Assembly: GCA_015494735.1 (NCBI GenBank)
Contig: WGAQ01000070.1
Coordinates: 1 to 43,360 of the forward strand
Length of the DNA stretch: 43,360 nucleotides
Reading direction: 5' to 3'
Source: a candidate division WOR-3 bacterium
GTDB taxonomy: Bacteria; Hydrothermota; Hydrothermia; LBFQ01; DSFT01
Below are positions 27,391 to 35,748 of this stretch, piece by piece. The notes under the pieces are model-generated. The model searched no databases, was not told the origin of the DNA, and saw only the letters and a list, made by a program, of their open reading frames with translations. The stretch's first letter is position 1, and every line of letters begins with the position of its first letter. The position numbers and the translations under genes are program-made.

Positions 27391-28058
27391 TTCTGGCAGT
27401 CGATACGACGACGAAATATCTATCGTCTGCAATCGCCGATTCGCGGGGGAAAGTAATACTGGAAATCAATCAGTATGAGCCATTCATGCACGCCGAGAGA
27501 ATCAACATAATAACCGATTTCCTCATAAGAGCATCCGGAAAGCAACCATTCGATATACGCCATCTAATAATATCAGAAGGACCCGGACTGTTTACATCCC
27601 TGAGGGTATCGGCCTCCTTCGCAAAGGGGTTCGCCGTAGTGTATCCCCATGTGAAAGTGGTTGCCATAAGTTCATTCCGGGCGCTCTGGTATCCATTCAA
27701 AGGGCATAAGGTGGCGGTCCTTCTGGATGCCAAGAAGCGGGAGGTCTTCGCCTCTGCATTCGACGAAAATGGAAATGTGATAATGGAGCCGACCATAATA
27801 AAACCAGCATACCTCTATGAAAAGCTGGGAGATGAATTCCTCTATGTAGGGGAGGGGGCGGAGATTTATAGGGACATCTTCAAGAACGTACCCCCCAACA
27901 ACCCCACCTTTCCCCACGCAAAGGACATGATTCCCCTTGCCATGGAGGAGATAGAAAAGGGGAACTTCGTGGATATAGACACATTCGAGCCCCACTACCT
28001 GCGCCAGCCCGACGCAGTGGTGAAGAAGAGAGGTTCAGAGTCCAAACCATCCCCTTAG
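27387..28058 (+). CDS. tsaB: tRNA N6-threonylcarbamoyladenosine biosynthesis protein TsaB (YeaZ family)
   Basis: MILAVDTTTKYLSSAIA...ISEGPGLFTSLRVSASFAKGFA is the TsaB/YeaZ ASKHA-fold signature. ATGA overlap with nadD. Confidence 0.85.
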   Translation: MILAVDTTTKYLSSAIADSRGKVILEINQYEPFMHAERINIITDFLIRASGKQPFDIRHLIISEGPGLFTSLRVSASFAKGFAVVYPHVKVVAISSFRALWYPFKGHKVAVLLDAKKREVFASAFDENGNVIMEPTIIKPAYLYEKLGDEFLYVGEGAEIYRDIFKNVPPNNPTFPHAKDMIPLAMEEIEKGNFVDIDTFEPHYLRQPDAVVKKRGSESKPSP

Positions 28059-28622
28059 GGTTTCAACCAGTTTCCTGAATGCCCTATCGCGACAGTTTTC
28101 CACATGATTTCTGTTTACCTTTCTTGCAATTTCTCGAAACAGGGATGGACTTTGAGGTCTTCCTACTTCCCTCAGTATCTTTTCAAATTCCTCTTTGGGA
28201 CGAGATGGCTTGAAATCGTACCGGGGCACTTTTTTGCCAAATATATCCGGAAACTTATCGGCCACTCCCCAGACCCATATCTCCAGTTCCGGTTTCACCA
28301 CTATAACTTCCACGTCATCCCTCTTCCATCGCGTATTCCTGACAACATTCTCCCCGATTTCTTCCTCCAGTTCCTCTGGAAGACCCTCGAAACCGCTTCC
28401 TTCATAGTCCAGAATCACCATAGCCTTCACATAATCGTCCTGATGAATCCTGAGCACTTCATGGGCACCTTTACGAACACCTGGATCCCTGTTGGGATGA
28501 TTAATAACACGGAACTCTATTGCTCTAATTTGTAATTGGTGCCGGGATTTCTCTTCAATAAGGGTTTCGATAACCGCTTTCATATCTTTATCGGCCACGA
28601 GAACTATAAGATCCCCCTTCAT
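28035..28622 (-). CDS. Small acidic alpha/beta protein, Toprim/DUF4276-like candidate effector partner of the upstream ATPase
   Basis: 195 aa, with no signal peptide or TM helix. Three hydrophobic-strand+acidic motifs: LIVLVADKDMK, MVILDYEGSG, VVKPELEIWVW. The start codon overlaps the ATPase stop (ATGA, 28619-28622). The 3' end overlaps the tsaB 3' end by 24 nt. The family call is by eye only. Confidence 0.5.
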   Translation of the reverse strand: MKGDLIVLVADKDMKAVIETLIEEKSRHQLQIRAIEFRVINHPNRDPGVRKGAHEVLRIHQDDYVKAMVILDYEGSGFEGLPEELEEEIGENVVRNTRWKRDDVEVIVVKPELEIWVWGVADKFPDIFGKKVPRYDFKPSRPKEEFEKILREVGRPQSPSLFREIARKVNRNHVENCRDRAFRKLVETLRGWFGL

Positions 28623-29899
28623 AACACCCCGCTTGCTATAAGACTATCCATGGAAACTTTTTTCTTCCAGTCCCTCAACTTGGGATGTACATTCCCGCGA
28701 ATTATATCAGTGGAACCCTTTTTCGTCTTTCCAAATATAAGCAAATCATGAAGTTCAGCCATAGCAAGAAAAACAGGCGAATGGGTGGCAACCAGAATTT
28801 GGTTTCCGCTCGTATAACCTCCCTTCAGGGACTGAAAAACCCCCTCTATGGCAAGGGGATGGAGTCCATTTTCCGGCTCTTCTATCATAAAAACACGCTC
28901 TCTGCGAGGAAGATACGGTATTATACTGAGTGCAAGGAATCGAAGGGTTCCATCCGAAAGAAGCCATGAAGGGGTGTCCAGGCTATACCTGTATTTGACA
29001 TTCAGATAAATGAAATTATTCTCCGGCAGTTTCCTCACATCTATGTCTTCTACATCGTTCAGGAATTCTTTCACATGGCTTACCCACCAGCGGAATCTTT
29101 CAGGATGCTCCCTCCTGAGAATATCCACAACTTTTGCAAGATTGGAACCGTCGGGGCGAAATCTTCCAGGGGTGTCAGGTGGTATTGGTTTCCTCATGGC
29201 ATCCGTATTAAGATGCATGAACACAACATTCTCTCCCAGAAGTCCCTTGAACCACAAAGAAGCCCTGAATCGATTTATATCTTCCAGAATTACGGACAGG
29301 AGAGACCTTCGGGGATCTATATCGAAATTCACATTGAATTTACTCGTTTCGGATCTCATATGCACCCTCGAGCCATATTCCTTTCTCCTTGCAACCAATC
29401 TATAACCGGACAAAGACCTGACATCAGCTCCCGATTCAGGAAGTATGGGTGTATCTTCCATGAGAGTGGGGAAATCGAACAGTCTGGTTCTAAGATGTCC
29501 CCTTCTGACTCTCTCGCTTACCAGATACAATTCCTCCCTATCAGGGCCAATCCCATCGTTTCCCGAAACGATTCGCACCTGATATCTGATGAACCGATAT
29601 CTTTTTCCAGTTTTCTTATTCAAATGCTCTTCTATTTCTGAAGGGATACGGGCATCTATACCGATTTCAAAAGCACTACCCTCCCCCTTCCATACAATTT
29701 CCTGGATTGTTCTTCCTCTTTTCAATACAGCACCGTGAAAACCCTCCTCCATAGTGAGAGCATCCCTCAAAAAAAGAAGAACATCGAGAAAGTTACTCTT
29801 TCCACTCGAATTGGGACCAACGAGGATGTTGAAAGATTCGAGTTCAACATTTACCCTCTTCAAACTCTTGTAATGCCTCACCTCCACCCTTTCCAGCAC
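28619..29899 (-). CDS. Soluble ABC-type ATPase of the AAA_15/AAA_21 (RecF/SMC-like, OLD/AriA/AbiL-type) class
   Basis: Walker A GPNSSGKSN, then ~280 aa of insert, then LSDGTLRFLAL (signature/Q-like), Walker B + D-loop VFMIEEPENGLHP and H-loop VATHSP. GTG 29899 (VLERVEVRHYKSLKRVNVEL) is chosen because TAAAAT lies 7 nt upstream. An alternative ATG at 29941 would overlap the polX start. Confidence 0.85.
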   Translation of the reverse strand: MLERVEVRHYKSLKRVNVELESFNILVGPNSSGKSNFLDVLLFLRDALTMEEGFHGAVLKRGRTIQEIVWKGEGSAFEIGIDARIPSEIEEHLNKKTGKRYRFIRYQVRIVSGNDGIGPDREELYLVSERVRRGHLRTRLFDFPTLMEDTPILPESGADVRSLSGYRLVARRKEYGSRVHMRSETSKFNVNFDIDPRRSLLSVILEDINRFRASLWFKGLLGENVVFMHLNTDAMRKPIPPDTPGRFRPDGSNLAKVVDILRREHPERFRWWVSHVKEFLNDVEDIDVRKLPENNFIYLNVKYRYSLDTPSWLLSDGTLRFLALSIIPYLPRRERVFMIEEPENGLHPLAIEGVFQSLKGGYTSGNQILVATHSPVFLAMAELHDLLIFGKTKKGSTDIIRGNVHPKLRDWKKKVSMDSLIASGVL

Positions 29900-29906
29900 G
29901 CCAACT

Positions 29907-29912
29907 ATTTTA
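29907..29912 (-). promoter_or_regulatory. -10-like box TAAAAT, 7 nt upstream of the ATPase GTG
   Basis: Minus strand reads tttaaaatagttggcGTG. Confidence 0.45.
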
Positions 29913-29926
29913 AAGCCACGGAGCAG

Positions 29927-29932
29927 TAAAAT
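29927..29932 (+). promoter_or_regulatory. -10-like box TAAAAT, 7 nt upstream of the polX ATG
   Basis: agcagtaaaattaaattcATG. The box is only 14 bp from the oppositely oriented ATPase box. Confidence 0.5.
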
Positions 29933-29939
29933 TAAATTC

Positions 29940-31694
29940 ATGGACAACAATCAGAAACTGGCAAAGATATTCGATGAAATCGCAGATGCTCTCGAATTCC
30001 TGGGAGAAAATCCATTCAAGGTCAGGGCTTATAGAACTGCCGCCCGGATTCTCGAGGGGCTGGATAAGGACATAAGCTGGTATATCGAGCACAACAAACA
30101 GATCAAGGGAATAGGAACCTCCCTCAGGGCAAAGATTAAGGAATTTCTGGAAACGGGGAAGGTCCGAAAACACGAGGAACTGCTCCAGAAGGTGCCGAAG
30201 GGTATATTCGAGGTAATGGCGATTCCCGGCGTGGGACCAAAGACAGCGAAGATTCTATACGATAAATTCGGTGTAAAGAGCATAGAGGATTTGAAGAAGG
30301 TGCTAGAAGACGAGAGAATCTACCAGCTCAGGGGGTTCGGTCCGGGTAAGGTGAAGAATATAAAAGAGGGACTGGAGCTCTACGAGAAAGCCCACAGCAG
30401 ATTCCCGATAGGATTCGTCTACCAACCCATTATGGAACTGAAGGACAGAATTTCAAAAATAGAGGGGGTCCATCGAATAGCCGTCGCAGGCTCATTCAGA
30501 AGGATGAAGGAGACGGTGGGGGATATCGACATACTCATAACCACAGACAGACCCGCGGAAGTGGGAAACGCCATTGTGAATCTCCCCAATATAGAGAGGG
30601 TTCTCCTCAAGGGTATGACGAAAATCTCCTTCATCTATACTCTTCCCCGCGACCAGCTCATACAGGTGGATGTGAGAATCGTCAAGGATGAGAACTGGGG
30701 AGCATCCCTCATGTATTTCACAGGCTCGAAGGAACACAACATCGCAGTCAGGGACATAGCGATAGAGAAGGGCTACAAGTTGAACGAGTATGGCCTCTTC
30801 AAGGATGTTCATGTAATCGCCAGCAGGACGGAGGAGGAGATTTACGAAGCACTGGGCATGCAGTATATACCCCCGGAGCTCAGGGAAAACAGAGGCGAGA
30901 TAGAAAAGGCTCTCCGGCACGAGATTCCACGACTCGTTGAATTGAAGGACATAAAGGGGGACCTTCAGGTCCACAGCGTATATTCCGATGGACAGATGAC
31001 CTTCGAGGAGATAGAAAAGCACGCTCTGGAGCTGGGATACCAGTATGTGGCAGTAACGGACCACTCCTACAGCCTGAAAGTGGCAGGGGGACTCGAGGAG
31101 AGCAGGCTATTCGAAAAAATGGAGAAGATAAGGGAATTCAACAAGAAATCCAGAGTGAAGCTCCTCATGGGGGCAGAGGTGGAGATCAGGATGGATGGAA
31201 CCCTGGATTACCCGGATGAGGTTCTGAAGGAACTGGATATAGTGCTGGCATCCGTACATAACGTCAGGAAGAACGAGGACATAACACAGAGGTATCTCAG
31301 GGCAATGGAAAGCCCCTATGTAGATATAATCGCCCATCCCACCGGACGTCTGGTAACAGGCAGGAAACCCTACCCATTCGATGAGGAAAAGGTCTTCAGG
31401 ACAGCCGCAGAAAGGATGGTTCTCATGGAGATAAACGCCCATGCCAACCGTCTGGATCTAAACGACATCATGATAATGCGGGCAAAGCCCTACGGAGTCA
31501 AATTCTCACTGGGAACCGATGCCCACGGGAAGGGAAACATGTGGATGATGGTTCTGGGAGTGGGACAGGCGAGAAGGGCATGGCTGACTCCGGAAGATAT
31601 AGTCAATACCCTGGACCTGGATGAATTGATGGACTTCATAAAGAAAGCGAGAAAACACAGGGAGAAGATGTTGAAGGAATCCAGAAAACAGTAG
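29940..31694 (+). CDS. polX: Family X DNA polymerase with C-terminal PHP (3'-5' exonuclease/phosphoesterase) domain
   Basis: 584 aa. The N-terminus has the lyase-domain-like HhH segment (LAKIFDEIADALEFLGENPFKVRAYRTAARIL) and the HhH motif IPGVGPKTAKILYD. The palm has GSFRRMKETVGDIDILI. The PHP domain has DLQVHSVYSDG...AVTDHS...LGTDAH. Confidence 0.9.
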   Translation: MDNNQKLAKIFDEIADALEFLGENPFKVRAYRTAARILEGLDKDISWYIEHNKQIKGIGTSLRAKIKEFLETGKVRKHEELLQKVPKGIFEVMAIPGVGPKTAKILYDKFGVKSIEDLKKVLEDERIYQLRGFGPGKVKNIKEGLELYEKAHSRFPIGFVYQPIMELKDRISKIEGVHRIAVAGSFRRMKETVGDIDILITTDRPAEVGNAIVNLPNIERVLLKGMTKISFIYTLPRDQLIQVDVRIVKDENWGASLMYFTGSKEHNIAVRDIAIEKGYKLNEYGLFKDVHVIASRTEEEIYEALGMQYIPPELRENRGEIEKALRHEIPRLVELKDIKGDLQVHSVYSDGQMTFEEIEKHALELGYQYVAVTDHSYSLKVAGGLEESRLFEKMEKIREFNKKSRVKLLMGAEVEIRMDGTLDYPDEVLKELDIVLASVHNVRKNEDITQRYLRAMESPYVDIIAHPTGRLVTGRKPYPFDEEKVFRTAAERMVLMEINAHANRLDLNDIMIMRAKPYGVKFSLGTDAHGKGNMWMMVLGVGQARRAWLTPEDIVNTLDLDELMDFIKKARKHREKMLKESRKQ

Positions 31695-31702
31695 ATTTTC
31701 GC

Positions 31703-32665
31703 CTACACTATTTCCAGTTGCAACATCCGGAGTAGTTGTTCGTAATCGTATGCCAGGGACCTGTCCAGATTATCGAAGGAATATCTAACAGGCAATATAA
31801 TGGATCGGAAGGGTAAGGATCTGGGAAAATCCTTTGCCACCAATATGCCTCCCGCCACTTCGGAGCCCATTTCATCCATATAACCCTTCAATTGTTCGAA
31901 ATCCTTTCTCGAAGCCCTGCCTGTTTTCACCTCTACGAGCAGGTACATATTCCGCGCAGATGGATGTCGTGGTTTTATAAAAATATCTACATAACCTTCC
32001 GGAAGAGCTTTTTCACCAAGTACCTCCATTTCGCCGGAAGAACCCTCTATTCCAAAAATTTCCATCGCATTCTGCAGGACAGTCTTTCTGATTTTCTTCC
32101 TCACCAGCGATTGGAGTATAAGTTCCCTGAAATAGAATTTCTCCGGAATATGCTGATTTCTTCTGTCGAACACAATTCTGGGTATGAAAGGTTCCGCATC
32201 CAGTTCCAGAGGTTCTGGTTGACCGTGAGATGGAGTCCCCATTTCCGACACTTTATAAAAGGTAATCGTATCTGCATGAAAATGCGTCTTCCTGTAGCCT
32301 CCCCGCAGGAGCAAATTCTCGGCAACATACGAAAACTCCGGTCTGACCATGGACTCCTCGAATTCCCTCTTCTGCTGTAGAAACAATCTGAAGGGAAAAC
32401 TATATGTTCGCCCCGATTGAAAGGTGATAGGAGGCCATGGAGGAAGCCTTTCGGCATTCCTGTAAGCGACTTTCCTCACCACCTGATATAGATTTCTCAC
32501 CCTGCCTCCATACAGAAACGATATGTAGTCTCCAATTTCTATATCGAGAAAAGTCCACAGCCCATTTATACTGCTTGTAAATCCCGCCATAGCATATTTT
32601 ATACATAGATCCAGATTTTTCCTGTTGGAAACGGAAACGAGGAAATAAGCATTCTGTTTGCCCAT
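31703..32665 (-). CDS. PUA-like (EVE/ASCH-type) reader domain fused to NucS/DUF91-like PD-(D/E)xK nuclease domain; candidate modification-dependent restriction enzyme
   Basis: 320 aa. N-terminal [24 protein letters not shown]...[22 protein letters not shown] has an EVE-like strand/helix pattern. The C-terminal [10 protein letters not shown]...[24 protein letters not shown] carries D...E-x-K and a downstream QL..Y, as in NucS-type nucleases. A TAAAAT box (32679-32684) lies 13 nt upstream. Confidence 0.5.
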   Translation of the reverse strand: MGKQNAYFLVSVSNRKNLDLCIKYAMAGFTSSINGLWTFLDIEIGDYISFLYGGRVRNLYQVVRKVAYRNAERLPPWPPITFQSGRTYSFPFRLFLQQKREFEESMVRPEFSYVAENLLLRGGYRKTHFHADTITFYKVSEMGTPSHGQPEPLELDAEPFIPRIVFDRRNQHIPEKFYFRELILQSLVRKKIRKTVLQNAMEIFGIEGSSGEMEVLGEKALPEGYVDIFIKPRHPSARNMYLLVEVKTGRASRKDFEQLKGYMDEMGSEVAGGILVAKDFPRSLPFRSIILPVRYSFDNLDRSLAYDYEQLLRMLQLEIV

Positions 32666-32719
32666 TCCGTGTTCGGGAATTTTATACCATTACACCAGCC
32701 CCTTTAAATTTATCGAACT

Positions 32720-34081
32720 ATGCATGGAATGGAACACGCTTCTGGACTTTTACACGCTCTGGGCTTTGACCTCACCGTCGAGCAACTCAGATGGTTTGCC
32801 GTTGCCATCTTCGTGGGCGTTTACGCCATGATCATGCTGGAGAAGTACTTCCACCGCACCGTTGCAGCGATGCTGGGAGCCGCGATAATACTGGTCCTGG
32901 GTATAATGCCTCCCGATAAAGCATGGGCAGCGATAGATTTCAATACCATATTCCTCCTCTTCGGAATGATGAACATAGTCACCCTGCTGGTATGGAGCGG
33001 ATTCTTCAACGTGCTGACCAAGTGGGTCCTGCGATACACGGGTATCAATCCCATAAAGATTATGATAGTATTTGCTGTGGTGACCGCTGTCCTCTCGGCG
33101 TTTCTCGATAACGTGACCACCGTTCTCTTCATCACCCCGATAATAATCAAAATCACCGAGGTTCTCGAATTGAATCCCATACCTTATGTCATCTCCATAA
33201 TCCTGGCATCCAACATGGGGGGAACCACAACCCTGATAGGCGACCCTCCCAACATCATAATCGGAAGCATCGCCGGCAAACACTTCATGGATTTCATAAT
33301 AAATGTGGCACCCTTCGCAACGATAGCCTTCATCGTGGGACAGGCACTGAACGTATTTCAGGTAAAGGTGGAGGGACACCTCGACATAAGCGATCAAATA
33401 GACCTGGAAGAACTGGAAAAACTTGAATTCGGTGATGTGAAGCCAAAACTGATGTACAAGGCTGTAACCATATTCATCCTCACCATCCTCCTCTTCTTCA
33501 TCGGACATATAATCCACATAGAGCCCGGAATCATAGCGCTCTTCATGGCCACCATACTCATGCTGTGGTCCGGCATATCTCCCGTGCAGATTCTGGAGAA
33601 AGTGGAATGGGCAACCCTCATCTTCTTCATGGGACTATTCATAGTGGTGGGTTCTCTTGAATACACGGGAGTATTCGAAATAGTCGCCAACTGGCTACTC
33701 GGAATAATGGGCAACGACATCGGTAAGGGGATATGGATAGTTGGAGGATTCTCCGCTCTCATATCCGGAATCGTCGATAACATCCCGTTCACTATGTCCA
33801 TGGCCCTCGTCCTCAAGGACATTGCCCACGTAATCGGACCCGCCTCAGACCATCTCTGGTGGGCCTTATCCCTGGGGGCATGTCTCGGAGGAAACTTCAC
33901 CCTCATAGGAGCCTCCGCCAACATCGTCGCCGCGGACATATCCACCAGACACGGACACCCCATAACCTTCATGACATTCCTTAAATATGGAACGCCCGTG
34001 GCAATGATCTCCACCTTCACAGCCCTGATAATCTACTATCTGGTCCACATAATTATGCTCAAAACCCACATCGGAGTATGA
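32720..34081 (+). CDS. ArsB/NhaD-superfamily (CitMHS/YbiR-like) anion permease
   Basis: 453 aa and ~11-12 hydrophobic helices. It contains the conserved DNVTTVLFITP and GGTTTLIGDPPNIII hairpin-loop motifs of the ion-transporter superfamily, plus the second repeat IVDNIPF...GGNFTLIGASANIV. Confidence 0.8.
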   Translation: MHGMEHASGLLHALGFDLTVEQLRWFAVAIFVGVYAMIMLEKYFHRTVAAMLGAAIILVLGIMPPDKAWAAIDFNTIFLLFGMMNIVTLLVWSGFFNVLTKWVLRYTGINPIKIMIVFAVVTAVLSAFLDNVTTVLFITPIIIKITEVLELNPIPYVISIILASNMGGTTTLIGDPPNIIIGSIAGKHFMDFIINVAPFATIAFIVGQALNVFQVKVEGHLDISDQIDLEELEKLEFGDVKPKLMYKAVTIFILTILLFFIGHIIHIEPGIIALFMATILMLWSGISPVQILEKVEWATLIFFMGLFIVVGSLEYTGVFEIVANWLLGIMGNDIGKGIWIVGGFSALISGIVDNIPFTMSMALVLKDIAHVIGPASDHLWWALSLGACLGGNFTLIGASANIVAADISTRHGHPITFMTFLKYGTPVAMISTFTALIIYYLVHIIMLKTHIGV

Positions 34082-34971
34082 TGGCAGGCTCCCGCCTGCC
34101 CTTAGCAATCGAAGTAATCGACCTGCACAAGTGGTATGGAAGGAAGCATGTACTGAAAGGGATAAACCTGTCCATCGAGAGGGGCCAGTACACTTCCATA
34201 CTCGGGCCAAACGGGGCAGGGAAAACCACTCTTATAAAATCCATAATCGGAATGGCCAGATTCCAGAAGGGCATCGTGAGGATAATGGACATCGATGTGA
34301 GGGAAGACATTCGAAGGGCAAAATCTCTCATGGGAATAGTGCATCAGGAAAACAATCTGGACATCTATCTGAGCGTTATCGAAAATCTCGTGATATACGG
34401 GTACATGATGGACCTTCCGAAAAGGGAATCCAGGAAGAGGGCGGAAGAACTACTGGAATTCATGGACATAGACAGGGGACTATGGAATGAGAAGGTGGAA
34501 AACCTTTCCGGAGGCACGAAGCGCAAGCTCATGATTGCCCGCGCCCTTCTCTCCGACCCTCCCATAATAGTGATGGATGAACCCACCACCGGACTCGACC
34601 CCTCCATAAGGCGAATCCTGTGGGACAGGATACTGACCCTGAAGGAAAAAGACAAGACCCTCCTCCTCACCACCCATTACATGGAGGAGGCCCATTACCT
34701 GAGCGACAGGGTGGTATTCATGCACGAGGGGGAAGTGATAGAGGATGGTCCTCCCGATAAACTGATAGAGAAGCATCTTCCTCCTTATGCGGTGGAGATA
34801 TCCCCTCCAATCGAACCCGGCAGCAGGCCCCACGTGAAGACAGGGAATTCCATCATAATATACGTGAAAGACCCCTCAGAAATCGGACCAGATAGAAGCA
34901 CAGGCCGATTCCTCATACGCAGAACAACCCTGGAGGATATATTCCTCTACCTGACGGGGAAGGGATTATGA
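34078..34971 (+). CDS. ABC transporter ATP-binding protein (DrrA/NodI-like)
   Basis: Walker A GPNGAGKTT, signature LSGGTKRKLMIARA, Walker B IIVMDEPTTGLD, H-loop TTHYM. ATGA overlap with the permease gene upstream. Confidence 0.9.
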   Translation: MMAGSRLPLAIEVIDLHKWYGRKHVLKGINLSIERGQYTSILGPNGAGKTTLIKSIIGMARFQKGIVRIMDIDVREDIRRAKSLMGIVHQENNLDIYLSVIENLVIYGYMMDLPKRESRKRAEELLEFMDIDRGLWNEKVENLSGGTKRKLMIARALLSDPPIIVMDEPTTGLDPSIRRILWDRILTLKEKDKTLLLTTHYMEEAHYLSDRVVFMHEGEVIEDGPPDKLIEKHLPPYAVEISPPIEPGSRPHVKTGNSIIIYVKDPSEIGPDRSTGRFLIRRTTLEDIFLYLTGKGL

Positions 34972-35720
34972 ATCCGGAGTACGCCTGGAAAATCTTCTAC
35001 AGGAATCTCGTGGCATGGTGGAAACTGGGATGGGCCATAGTCGTAAACGCTCTGGATCCCCTCATACTTCTCGCCGCATTCGGTTTCGGGCTGGGGAAAT
35101 TGATAGGGGAAGTGGACGGGATTCCATACGTCCAGTACATAGCCCCCGCCATGGTCTCCATAGCAGCGCTGTACGGCTCCCTTTTCGAAACCACGTACAA
35201 CTCCTACGTCAGGATGTACTACGACCACCTCTATGAAGCCTACATCTCCACCAGGGTGAATCTGGAGGACCTCGTTGTAGGGGAAATCGCGTGGGGCACC
35301 TTCAGGGGAATGGTCTATGCCCTCCTCGTCATAATCGTTCTCATGCTCGCTGGAATAATATCCCCCTTGCAGGGATTCATCCTGCTCCTGCTGTCCATAC
35401 CGGTGGCTCTCGTATTCTCTGCAATGGGCATGCTCCTGACCTCCACGGTGCCATCCATCACCTTCTTCGATTACATTTACTTCGTCTATATCAGCCCCAT
35501 GATGCTCTTCTCCGGAACCTACTTTCCCCTGGACGTACTCCCCGGCTTTCTTCAGGCCATAATTCCCTTTATATTCCCGCTGTATCACGGAGTTCACATG
35601 CTCAGGGGGTTTCAGATGACCGGTAACGTGGAATTCTTCAGTCCGGGCATACTGCTGCTTACCTCATCGATACTGACCCACCTCTCAATCGTATTCATGA
35701 GGAGAAGAATCATAAAATGA
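34968..35720 (+). CDS. ABC-2 type transporter permease (NodJ/DrrB-like)
   Basis: 250 aa, six hydrophobic segments. ATGA overlap with the ATPase stop. Confidence 0.85.
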   Translation: MNPEYAWKIFYRNLVAWWKLGWAIVVNALDPLILLAAFGFGLGKLIGEVDGIPYVQYIAPAMVSIAALYGSLFETTYNSYVRMYYDHLYEAYISTRVNLEDLVVGEIAWGTFRGMVYALLVIIVLMLAGIISPLQGFILLLLSIPVALVFSAMGMLLTSTVPSITFFDYIYFVYISPMMLFSGTYFPLDVLPGFLQAIIPFIFPLYHGVHMLRGFQMTGNVEFFSPGILLLTSSILTHLSIVFMRRRIIK

Positions 35721-35736
35721 CCGCTCCATCCACCTC

Positions 35737-35742
35737 TAAAAT
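35737..35742 (+). promoter_or_regulatory. -10-like box TAAAAT, 6 nt upstream of the OmpA-family ATG
   Basis: cctctaaaatttgtccATG. Confidence 0.5.
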
Positions 35743-35748
35743 TTGTCC

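Noticed and set aside
29939-29942. CATG where a minus-strand ATG (ATPase, 29941) and the plus-strand polX ATG (29940) would overlap head-to-head
   Set aside because: Overlapping divergent start codons leave no promoter for either gene. GTG 29899 gives the family-typical N-terminus (xLERVEVRHYKSL) and has TAAAAT 7 nt upstream, so the longer ATPase start is rejected. It is kept as a stated alternative.
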